A stretch of DNA of 29,469 nt, from NCBI GenBank assembly GCA_002189035.1, contig NEEC01000096.1:1-29469 (forward strand), given 5' to 3'. Positions 12,755 through 24,792 of this stretch are shown piece after piece. The DNA is from Utricularia gibba (Eukaryota; Plantae; Magnoliophyta). The notes below the pieces were generated by a model. That model searched no databases, had not been told where the DNA came from, and saw nothing but the letters and a program-made list of their open reading frames with translations. Position numbers and translations under genes: made by a program. Position 1 is the stretch's first letter; every line of letters begins with the position of its first letter.

Positions 12755-15700
12755 TTTTTTCCATCTTGATCGCATATCCGATGAAGTTTGACACCATATG
12801 TTTTGGCTGTTGATTGATTCAATTAGTTGCCATGATACTTCTGATTCTTGATGCACCATTCCCATACACCATGTCTCTAGTGGCTATTTGATTCTTTTGC
12901 CGTGTATCTTGTTTGCATCAATTTCGAGAACGAGAAGCACAATATTAAACGCAGCCACCAAGGAAGGACACGTAAGACACTTTTCGTTGTGGTTTGTTTT
13001 TAATATGTCCACAGTTATCGGACAAACGAAACTCCAAATTATACTACTTGGAGCTCGAATCGGGCTTCCCAATGGTGTGCTATGAAGAGTTAGGATCTGC
13101 ATGTTTTGGAAGAGGTGCTTCGTGGACCAGGATGTGCGACCTAGTCATTTCATTGCGCATCACCATTCGGGGTGCAGCCTAAAAATCACACGTGCACTGG
13201 ATTCGTTAAAAGTAAACATTTTTGCGTACCTGGAGTATAATAGTGTTGGGATAAGTGATGCCACGAAATTCATGATGTAACATGTGACTTTTTTCCATCT
13301 TGATCGCATATCCGATGAAGTTTGACACCATATGTTTTGGCTGTTGATTGATTCAATTAGTTGCATGATACTTCTGATTCTTGATGCACCATTCCCTTAC
13401 ACCATGTCTCTAGTGGCTATTTGATTCTTTTGCCGTGTATCTTTGCATCAATTTCGAGAACGAGAAGCACATATTAAACGCAGCCACCAAGGAAGGACAC
13501 GTAAGACACTTTTCGTTGTGGTTTGTTTTTAATATGTCCACAGTTATCGGACAAACGAAACTCCAAATTATACTACTTGGAGCTCGAATCGGGCTTCCCA
13601 ATGGTGTGCTATGAAGAGTTAGATCTGCATGTTTTGGAAGAGGTGCTTCGTGGACCAGGATGTGCGACCTAGTCATTTCATTGCGCATCACCATTCGGGG
13701 TGCAGCCTAAAAATCACACGTGCACTGGATTCGTTAAAAGTAAATTTTTGCGTACCTGAGTATAATAGTGTTGGGATAAGTGATGCCACGAAATTCATGA
13801 TGTAACATGTGACTTTTTTCCATCTTGATCGCATATCCGATGAAGTTTGACACCATATGTTTTGGCTGTTGATTGATTCAATTAGTTGCCATGATACTTC
13901 TGATTCTTGATGCACCATTCCCATACACCATGTCTCTAGTGGCTATTTGATTCTTTTGCCGTGTATCTTTTGCATCAATTTCGAGAACGAGAAGCACATA
14001 TTAAACGCAGCCACCAAGGAAGGACACGTAAGACACTTTTCGTTGTGGTTTGTTTTTAATATGTCCACAGTTATCGGACAAACGAAACTCCAAATTATAC
14101 TACTTGGAGCTCGAATCGGGCTTCCCAATGGTGTGCTATGAAGAGTTAGGATCTGCATGTTTTGGAAGAGGTGCTTCGTGGACCAGGATGTGCGACCTAG
14201 TCATTTCATTGCGCATCACCATTCGGGGTGCAGCCTAAAAATCACACGTGCACTGGATTCGTTAAAAGTAAACATTTTTGCGTACCTGGAGTATAATAGT
14301 GTTGGGATAAGTGATGCCACGAAATTCATGATGTAACATGTGACTTTTTTCCATCTTGATCGCATATCCGATGAAGTTTGACACCATATGTTTTGGCTGT
14401 TGATTGATTCAATTAGTTGCCATGATACTTCTGATTCTTGATGCACCATTCCCATACACCATGTCTCTAGTGGCTATTTGATTCTTTTGCCGTGTATCTT
14501 GTTTGCATCAATTTCGAGAACGAGAAGCACAATATTAAACGCAGCCACCAAGGAAGGACACGTAAGACACTTTTCGTTGTGGTTTGTTTTTAATATGTCC
14601 ACAGTTATCGGACAAACGAAACTCCAAATTATACTACTTGGAGCTCGAATCGGGCTTCCCAATGGTGTGCTATGAAGAGTTAGGATCTGCATGTTTTGGA
14701 AGAGGTGCTTCGTGGACCAGGATGTGCGACCTAGTCATTTCATTGCGCATCACCATTCGGGGTGCAGCCTAAAAATCACACGTGCACTGGATTCGTTAAA
14801 AGGCGTACCTGAGTATAACAGTGTTGGGATAAGTGATGCCACGAAATTCATGATGTAACATGTGACTTTTTTCCATCTTGATCGCATATCCGATGAAGTT
14901 TGACACCATATGTTTTGGCTGTTGATTGATTCAATTAGTTGCCATGATACTTCTGATTCTTGATGCACCATTCCCATACACCATGTCTCTAGTGGCTTTT
15001 GATTCTTTTGCCGTGTATCTTTGCATCAATTTCGAGAACGAGAAGCACAATATTAAACGCAGCCACCAAGGAAGGACACGTAAGACACTTTTCGTTGTGG
15101 TTTGTTTTTAATATGTCCACAGTTATCGGACAAACGAAACTCCAAATTATACTACTTGGAGCTCGAATCGGGCTTCCCAATGGTGTGCTATGAAGAGTTA
15201 GGATCTGCATGTTTTGGAAGAGGTGCTTCGTGGACCAGGATGTGCGACCTAGTCATTTCATTGCGCATCACCATTCGGGTGCAAAAAATCACACGTGCAC
15301 TGGATTCGTTAAAAGTAAACATTTTTGCGTACCTGGAGTATAATAGTGTTGGGATAAGTGATGCCACGAAATTCATGATGTAACATGTGACTTTTTTCCA
15401 TCTTGATCGCATATCCGATGAAGTTTGACACCATATGTTTTGGCTGTTGATTGATTCAATTAGTTGCCATGATACTTCTGATTCTTGATGCACCATTCCC
15501 ATACACCATGTCTCTAGTGGCTATTTGATTCTTTTGCCGTGTATCTTGTTTGCATCAATTTCGAGAACGAGAAGCACAATATTAAACGCAGCCACCAAGG
15601 AAGGACACGTAAGACACTTTTCGTTGTGGTTTGTTTTTAATATGTCCACAGTTATCGGACAAACGAAACTCCAAATTATACTACTTGGAGCTCGAATCGG

Positions 15701-16599
15701 GCTTCCCAATGGTGTGCTATGAAGAGTTAGGATCTGCATGTTTTGGAAGAGGTGCTTCGTGGACCAGGATGTGCGACCTAGTCATTTCATTGCGCATCAC
15801 CATTCGGGTGCAGCCTAAAAATCACACGTGCACTGGATTCGTTAAAAGTAAACATTTTTGCGTACCTGAGTATATAAAGTGTTGGGATAAGTGATGCCAC
15901 GAAATTCATGATGTAACATGTGACTTTTTTCCATCTTGATCGCATATCCGATGAAGTTTGACACCATATGTTTTGGCTGTTGATTGATTCAATTAGTTGC
16001 CATGATACTTCTGATTCTTGATGCACCATTCCCTACACCATGTCTCTAGTGGCTATTTGATTCTTTTGCCGTGTATCTTGTTGCATCAATTTCGAGAACG
16101 AGAAGCACAATATTAAACGCAGCCACCAAGGAAGGACACGTAAGACACTTTTCGTTGTGGTTTGTTTTTAATATGTCCACAGTTATCGGACAAACGAAAC
16201 TCCAAATTATACTACTTGGAGCTCGAATCGGGCTTCCCAATGGTGTGCTATGAAGAGTTAGGATCTGCATGTTTTGGAAGAGGTGCTTCGTGGACCAGGA
16301 TGTGCGACATAGTCATTTCATTGCGCATCACCATTCGGGTGCAGCCTAAAAATCACACGTGCACTGGATTCGTTAAAAGTAAACATTTTTGCGTACCTGG
16401 AGTATAATAGTGTTGGGATAAGTGATGCCACGAAATTCATGATGTAACATGTGACTTTTTTCCATCTTGATCGCATATCCGATGAAGTTTGACACCATAT
16501 GTTTTGGCTGTTGATTGATTCAATTAGTTGCCATGATACTTCTGATTCTTGATGCACCATTCCCATACACCATGTCTCTAGTGGCTATTTGATTCTTTT

Positions 16600-17150
16600 G
16601 CCGTGTATCTTGATCAATTTCGAGAACGAGAAGCACAATATTAAACGCAGCCACCAAGGAAGGACACGTAAGACACTTTTCGTTGTGGTTTGTTTTTAAT
16701 ATGTCCACAGTTATCGGACAAACGAAACTCCAAATTATACTACTTGCGAATCGGGCTTCCCATGGTGTGCTACTGCATGTCTTCGTGGACCAGGATGTGC
16801 GACCTAGTCATTTCATTGCGCATCACCATTCGGGGTGCAGCCTAAAAATCACACGTGCACTGGATTCGTTAAAAGTAAACATTTTTGCGTACCTGAGTAG
16901 TATAAGTGATGCCACGAAATTCATGATGTAACATGTGACTTTTTTCCATCTTGATCGCATAGATGAAGTTTGACACATATGTTTTGGCTGCAATTAGTTG
17001 CATGATGATTCTTGAACCATGTCTCTAGTGGCTATTTGATTCTTTTGCCGTGTATCCATCAATTTCGAGAACGATATTAAACGCAGCCACCAAGGAAGGA
17101 CACGTAAGACACTTTTCGTTGTGGTTTGTTTTTAATATGTCCACAGTTAT
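16600..17150. other. Two deletion-riddled monomers (about 496 and 457 nt anchor to anchor)
   Basis: Collinear monomer sequence with many 2-15 nt gaps (tacttgcgaatcggg, gtgtgctactgcatgtcttcgtgg, acctgagtagtataagtg, ttggctgcaattag). Confidence 0.85.
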
Positions 17151-19040
17151 CTCCAAATTATACTACTTGGAGCTCGAATCGGGCTTCCCAATGGTGTGCT
17201 ATGAAGAGTTAGGATCTGCATGTTTTGGAAGAGGTGCTTCGTGGACCAGGATGTGCGACCTAGTCATTTCATTGCGCATCACCATTCGGGGTGCAGCCTA
17301 AAAATCACACGTGCACTGGATTCGTTAAAAGTAAACATTTTTGCGTACCTGGAGTATAATAGTGTTGGGATAAGTGATGCCACGAAATTCATGATGTAAC
17401 ATGTGACTTTTTTCCATCTTGATCGCATATCCGATGAAGTTTGACACCATATGTTTTGGCTGTTGATTGATTCAATTAGTTGCCATGATACTTCTGATTC
17501 TTGATGCACCATTCCCATACACCATGTCTCTAGTGGCTATTTGATTCTTTTGCCGTGTATCTTGTTTGCATCAATTTCGAGAACGAGAAGCACAATATTA
17601 AACGCAGCCACCAAGGAAGGACACGTAAGACACTTTTCGTTGTGGTTTGTTTTTAATATGTCCACAGTTATCGGACAAACGAAACTCCAAATTATACTAC
17701 TTGGAGCTCGAATCGGGCTTCCCAATGGTGTGCTATGAAGAGTTAGGATCTGCATGTTTTGGAAGAGGTGCTTCGTGGACCAGGATGTGCGACCTAGTCA
17801 TTTCATTGCGCATCACCATTCGGGGTGCAGCCTAAAAATCACACGTGCACTGGACGCATACCTGAGTATACAGTGTTGGGATAAGTGATGCCACGAAATT
17901 CATGATGTAACATGTGACTTTTTTCCATCTTGATCGCATATCCGATGAAGTTTGACACCATATGTTTTGGCTGTTGATTGATAATTAGTTGCATGATACT
18001 TCTGATTCTTGATGCACCATTCCCATACACCATGTCTCTAGTGGCTATTTGATTCTTTTGCCGTGTATCTTTGCATCAATTTCGAGAACGAGAAGCACAT
18101 ATTAAACGCAGCCACCAAGGAAGGACACGTAAGACACTTTTCGTTGTGGTTTGTTTTTAATATGTCCACAGTTATGGACAAACGAAACTCCAAATTATAC
18201 TACTTGGAGCTCGAATAGGGCTTCCCAATGGTGTGCTATGAAGAGTTAGGATCTGCATGTTTTGGAAGAGGTGCTTCGTGGACCAGGATGTGCGACCTAG
18301 TCATTTCATTGCGCATCACCATTCGGGGTGCAGCCTAAAAATCACACGTGCACTGGATTCGTTAAAAGTAAACATTTTTGCGTACCTGGAGTATAATAGT
18401 GTTGGGATAAGTGATGCCACGAAATTCATGATGTAACATGTGACTTTTTTCCATCTTGATCGCATATCCGATGAAGTTTGACACCATATGTTTTGGCTGT
18501 TGATTGATTCAATTAGTTGCCATGATACTTCTGATTCTTGATGCACCATTCCCATACACCATGTCTCTAGTGGCTATTTGATTCTTTTGCCGTGTATCTT
18601 GTTTGCATCAATTTCGAGAACGAGAAGCACATATTAAACGCAGCCACCAAGGAAGGACACGTAAGACACTTTTCGTTGTGGTTTGTTTTTAATATGTCCA
18701 CAGTTATGGACAAACGAAACTCCAAATTATACTACTTGGAGCTCGAATCGGGCTTCCCAATGGTGTGCTATGAAGAGTTAGGATCTGCATGTTTTGGAAG
18801 AGGTGCTTCGTGACCAGGATGTGCGACTAGTCATTTCATTGCGCATCACCATTCGGGTGCAGCCTAAAAGTGCAAAACATTTTTGCGTACCTGGAGTATA
18901 ATAGTGTTGGGATAAGTGATGCCACGAAATTCATGATGTAACATGTGACTTTTTTCCATCTTGATCGCATATCCGATGAAGTTTGACACCATATGTTTTG
19001 GCTGTTGATTGAAATTAGTTGCCATGATACTTCTGATTCT

Positions 19041-19940
19041 TGAACGTGACATGGTAGTTAATATGTCCAGTATTTTGGATTAACCTGTGCTTCGTTGTGC
19101 GATTGATCGCATGAGAAGTGATGCCACGAAATTCATGATGTAACATGTGACATCTTGATCGCATATCCGATGAAGTTTGACACATATGTTTTGGCATTGA
19201 TTTAGTTGCCATGATACTTCTGATTCTTGATGCACCATGTCTCTAGTGGCTATTGATTCTTTTGCCGTGTAATGTCTTAGGGACAAACGAACTCCAAATT
19301 ATACTACTTGGAGCACGACCTGCACTACCAATGTTAGTGCGAGAAGACATTCGTTAGCATCGTGCCATTCATCATGTGGAAGATGAAGTACACATTCCAA
19401 CGGATTCTTTGCGACCTTAATCGTGTTATATGTCCACAGGGTGGAGCACGACACTACTGTTGTGATTAGGTGCAAACATTTTTGCGTACCTGCTGAAAGT
19501 GGATTAGCCATCTGCATTCATGATGGAAGTGACTTTTTGGCAGATGCATATCCGTTATGTGCACATACTGGCGTTGATTGATGCAATCACACGTTGTTCG
19601 CGTACCTGATACTTCATGATTAACATGTGAATCTTGATCGCATATCCGATGAAGTTTGACACATATGTTTTGGCTGTTGACCATGATACTTCTGAGATGG
19701 TCTCTAGTGGCTATGATTCTTTTGCCGTGTATCCATCAATTTCGATCGCATTTTTCGAATATGTCCACACGAGAAGTTATATGAACTGCATGCTTCACCA
19801 ATGTTAGGATCACGCAAGACTGGATTCGCATCGTACCTGGACCACGAAATTCATGATGTAACATGTGACTGATCGCATATCCCACATATGACAATTAGTT
19901 GCCATGATACTTCTGATTCTTGATGCACCATTCCCATTGT
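19041..19940. other. Degenerate junction between sub-arrays A and B, made of collinear shreds of the monomer
   Basis: Fragments such as gtgatgccacgaaattcatgatgtaacatgtga, atcttgatcgcatatccgatgaagtttgac and ctccaaattatactacttggagcacg appear in monomer order. Several heavily truncated monomers are compressed into ~900 nt. Confidence 0.85.
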
Positions 19941-21127
19941 CTCCTATTTGATTCTTTTGCCGTGTATCTTGGCATCAATTTCGAGAACGAGAAGCACATT
20001 ATTAAACGCAGCCACCAAGGAAGGACACGTAAGACACTTTTCGTTGTGGTTTGTTTTTAATATGTCCACAGTTATGGGACAAACGTAACTCCAAATTATA
20101 CTACTTGGAGCACGAATAGGGCTTCCCAATGGTGTGCTATGAAGAGTTAGCATCTGCATGTTTTGGAAGAGGTGCTTCGTGGACCAGGATGTGCGACAGT
20201 CATTTCATTGCGCATCATTTGCATCACACGTGCACTGCAAAAGTAAACATTTTTGCGTACAGTATAATAGTGTTGGGATAAGTGATGCCACGAAATTCAT
20301 GATGTAACATGTGACTTTTTTCCATCTTGATCGCATATCCGATGAAGTTTGACACATATGTTTGGCTGTTGATTGATTCAATTAGTTGCCATGATACTTC
20401 TGATTCTTGACACCATTCCCATACACCATGTCTCTAGTGGCTATTTGATTCTTTTCCGTGTAATCAATTTCGAGAACGAGAAGCACATATTAAACGCAGC
20501 CACCAAGGAAGGACACGTAAGACACTTTTCGTTGTGGTTTGTTTTTAATATGTCGTTATGGACAAACGTAACTCCAAATTATACTACTTGGAGCACGAAT
20601 AGGGCTTCCCAATGGTGTGCTATGAAGAGTTAGTCTGCATGTTTTGGAAGAGGTGCTTCGTGAAGGATGTGCGACATAGTCATTTCATTGCGCATCACCA
20701 TTCGGGTGCAGCCTAAAAATCACACGTGCACTGGATTCGTTAAAAGTAAACATTTTTGCGTACCTGGAGTATAATAGTGTTGGGATAAGTGATGCCACGA
20801 AATTCATGATGTAACATGTGACTTTTTTCCATCTTGATCGCATATCCGATGAAGTTTGACACCATATGTTTTGGCTGTTGATTGATGCAATTAGTTGCCA
20901 TGATACTTCTGATTCTTGATACACCATTCCCATACACCATGTCTCTAGTGGCTATTTGATTCTTTTGCCGTGTATCTTGTTTGCATCAATTTCGAGAACG
21001 AGAAGCACATTATTAAACGCAGCCACCAAGGAAGGACACGTAAGACACTTTTCGTTGTGGTTTGTTTTTAATATGTCCACAGTTATGGGACAAACGTAAC
21101 TCCAAATTATACTACTTGGAGCACGAA

Positions 21128-21415
21128 TTCCCAAACTGCCACCAGGATGTGTAGTCATTTCATTGCGCATCACCATTCGGAGCCGAGACTGGATTCGTTA
21201 AAAGTAAACATTTTTGCGTACCTGCCACGAAATTCATGATGTAACATGTGACATCTTGATCGCATATCCGATGAAGTTTGACACGTATCACATGATACTT
21301 CTGGACACCATGTGATTCTTTATCGCATGTCGTTTTTCGTTGTGGTTTGTTTTTAATATGTCCACACAAACGTCCAACTCCACGAATTATACGCCATACA
21401 TAGGCGCAGCAGCGT
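21128..21415. other. Short degenerate patch (collapsed monomer fragments) inside sub-array B
   Basis: Anchor spacing falls to ~230-460 nt. The sequence consists of gapped monomer fragments in order. Confidence 0.8.
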
Positions 21416-24400
21416 GCACTGGATTCGTTAAAAGTAAACATTTTTGCGTACCTGGAGTATAATAGTGTTGGGATAAGTGATGCCACGAAATTCATGATGT
21501 AACATGTGACTTTTTTCCATCTTGATCGCATATCCGATGAAGTTTGACACCATATGTTTTGGCTGTTGATTGATGCAATTAGTTGCCATGATACTTCTGA
21601 TTCTTGATGCACCATTCCCATACACCATGTCTCTAGTGGCTATTTGATTCTTTTGCCGTGTATCTTTGCATCAATTTCGAGAACGAGAAGCACATTATTA
21701 AACGCAGCCACCAAGGAAGGACACGTAAGACACTTTTCGTTGTGGTTTGTTTTTAATATGTCCACAGTTATGGACAAACGTAACTCCAAATTATACTACT
21801 TGGAGCACGAATAGGGCTTCCCAATGGTGTGCTATGAAGAGTTAGCATCTGCATGTTTTGGAAGAGGTGCTTCGTGGACCAGGATGTGCGACATAGTCAT
21901 TTCATTGCGCATCACCATTCGGGGTGCAGCCGAAAAATCACACGTGCACTGGATTCGTTAAAAGTAAACATTTTTGCGTACCTGGAGTATAATAGTGTTG
22001 GGATAAGTGATGCCACGAAATTCATGATGTAACATGTGACTTTTTTCCATCTTGATCGCATATCCGATGAAGTTTGACACCATATGTTTTGGCTGTTGAT
22101 TGATGCAATTAGTTGCCATGATACTTCTGATTCTTGATACACCATTCCCATACACCATGTCTCTAGTGGCTATTTGATTCTTTTGCCGTGTATCTTTTTG
22201 CATCAATTTCGAGAACGAGAAGCACATTATTAAACGCAGCCACCAAGGAAGGACACGTAAGACACTTTTCGTTGTGGTTTGTTTTTAATATGTCCACAGT
22301 TATGGACAAACGTAACTCCAAATTATACTACTTGGAGCACGAATAGGGCTTCCCAATGGTGTGCTATGAAGAGTTAGCATCTGCATGTTTTGGAAGAGGT
22401 GCTTCGTGGACCAGGATGTGCGACATAGTCATTTCATTGCGCATCACCATTCGGGTGCAGCCGAAAAATCACACGTGCACTGGATTCGTTAAAAGTAAAC
22501 ATTTTTGCGTACCTGGAGTATAATAGTGTTGGGATAAGTGATGCCACGAAATTCATGATGTAACATGTGACTTTTTCCATCTTGATCGCATATCCGATGA
22601 AGTTTGACACCATATGTTTTGGCTGTTGATTGATGCAATTAGTTGCCATGATACTTCTGATTCTTGATACACCATGTCTCTAGTGGCTATTTGATTCTTT
22701 TGCCGTGTATCCATTTGCATCAATTTCGAGAACGAGAAGCACATTATTAAACGTTTTTCGTTGTGGTTTGTTTTTAATATGTCCACAGTTATGGGACAAA
22801 CGTAACTCCAAATTATACTACTTGGAGCACGAATAGGGCTTCCCAATGGTGTGCTATGAAGAGTTAGCATCTGCATGTTTTGGAAGAGGTGCTTCGTGGA
22901 CCGGATGTGCTAGTCATTTCATTGCGCATCACCATTCGGGGTGCAGCCGAAAAATCACACGTGCACTGGATTCGTTAAAAGTAAACATTTTTGCGTACCT
23001 GGAGTATAATAGTGTTGGGATAAGTGATGCCACGAAATTCATGATGTAACATGTGACTTTTTTCCATCTTGATCGCATATCCGATGAAGTTTGACACCAT
23101 ATGTTTTGGCTGTTGATTGATGCAATTAGTTGCCATGATACTTCTGATTCTTGATACACCATTCCCATACACCATGTCTCTAGTGGCTATTTGATTCTTT
23201 TGCCGTGTATCTTTGCATCAATTTCGAGAACGAGAAGCACATTATTAAACGCAGCCACCAAGGAAGGACACGTAAGACACTTTTCGTTGTGGTTTGTTTT
23301 TAATATGTCCACAGTTATGGGACAAACGTAACTCCAAATTATACTACTTGGAGCACGAATAGGGCTTCCCAATGGTGTGCTATGAAGAGTTAGCATCTGC
23401 ATGTTTTGGAAGAGGTGCTTCGTGGACCAGGATGTGCGACATAGTCATTTCATTGCGCATCACCATTCGGGTGCAGCCGAAAAATCACACGTGCACTGGA
23501 TTCGTTAAAAGTAAACATTTTTGCGTACCTGGAGTATAATAGTGTTGGGATAAGTGATGCCACGAAATTCATGATGTAACATGTGACTTTTTTCCATCTT
23601 GATCGCATATCCGATGAAGTTTGACACATATGTTTTGGCTGTTGATTGATTCAATTAGTTGCCATGATACTTCTGATTCTTGATACACCATTCCCATACA
23701 CCATGTCTCTAGTGGCTATTTGATTCTTTTGCCGTGTATCTTTGCATCAATTTCGAGAACGAGAAGCACATTATTAAACGCAGCCACCAAGGAAGGACAC
23801 GTAAGACACTTTTCGTTGTGGTTTGTTTTTAATATGTCCACAGTTATGGACAAACGTAACTCCAAATTATACTACTTGGAGCACGAATAGGGCTTCCCAA
23901 TGGTGTGCTATGAAGAGTTAGCATCTGCATGTTTTGGAAGAGGTGCTTCGTGGACCAGGATGTGCGACATAGTCATTTCATTGCGCATCACCATTCGGGT
24001 GCAGCCGAAAAATCACACGTGCACTGGATTCGTTAAAAGTAAACATTTTTGCGTACCTGGAGTATAATAGTGTTGGGATAAGTGATGCCACGAAATTCAT
24101 GATGTAACATGTGACTTTTTTCCATCTTGATCGCATATCCGATGAAGTTTGACACCATATGTTTTGGCTGTTGATTGATGCAATTAGTTGCCATGATACT
24201 TCTGATTCTTGATACACCATTCCCATACACCATGTCTCTAGTGGCTATTTGATTCTTTTGCCGTGTATCCCATTTGCATCAATTTCGAGAACGAGAAGCA
24301 CATTATTAAACGCAGCCACCAAGGAAGGACACGTAAGACACTTTTCGTTGTGGTTTGTTTTTAATATGTCCACAGTTATGGGACAAACGTAACTCCAAAT

Positions 24401-24750
24401 TATACTACTTGGAGCACGAATAGGGCTTCCCAATGGTGTGCTATGAAGAGTTAGCATCTGCCATGTTTTGGATAGAGGTGCTTCGTGGACCAGGATGTGC
24501 GACATATGTCATTTCATTGCGCATCACCATTCGGGTGCAGCCTAAAAATCACACGTGCACTGGATTCGTTAAAAGTAAACATTTTTGCGTACCTGGAGTA
24601 TAATAGTGTTGGGATAAGTGATGCCACGAAATTCATGATGTAACATGTGACTTTTTTCCATCTTGATCGCATATCCGATGAAGTTTGACACCATATGTTT
24701 TGGCTGTTGATTGATGCAATTAGTTGCCATGATACTTCTGATTCTTGATA

Positions 24751-24792
24751 CACCATTCCCATACACCATGTCACCATTCCCATACACCATGT
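24751..24792. repeat. 21-bp perfect tandem duplication (caccattcccatacaccatgt x2) within one monomer
   Basis: Read directly at 24751-24771 and 24772-24792. Confidence 0.9.

Larger units (their letters stand above)
1..19040. repeat. Sub-array A (~36 monomers) organised as an A/V heterodimeric higher-order repeat of ~1.06 kb
   Basis: Dominant alleles: cacaatatt, gttatcgg, aaacgaaact, gagctcgaatcggg, aggatctg, gacctag, gcagccta, gattcaatt, gatgcacc. The variant marker cctgag replaces cctggag in every second monomer. Confidence 0.85.

Noticed and set aside
12720-12800. Hammerhead ribozyme or viroid/obelisk-like circular RNA (gaaa ... ccgatga)
   Set aside because: The core is CCGAUGA, not CUGANGA, stems II and III cannot be formed, and the monomer shows no extended rod-like self-complementarity on inspection.
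12655-12800. Cluster of E-box/G-box motifs (CACGTG, CATGTG, CATATG)
   Set aside because: Three per 534 bp against about 2 expected by composition, so not enriched.
12984-13008. Plus-strand frame with only 4 stops per monomer (one if TGA=Trp; includes MILLPC...NGVL at 12888-13085)
   Set aside because: The type-B substitution acgaaa>acgtaa (monomer position ~275) introduces an in-frame TAA in all B copies, so the frame is not conserved.
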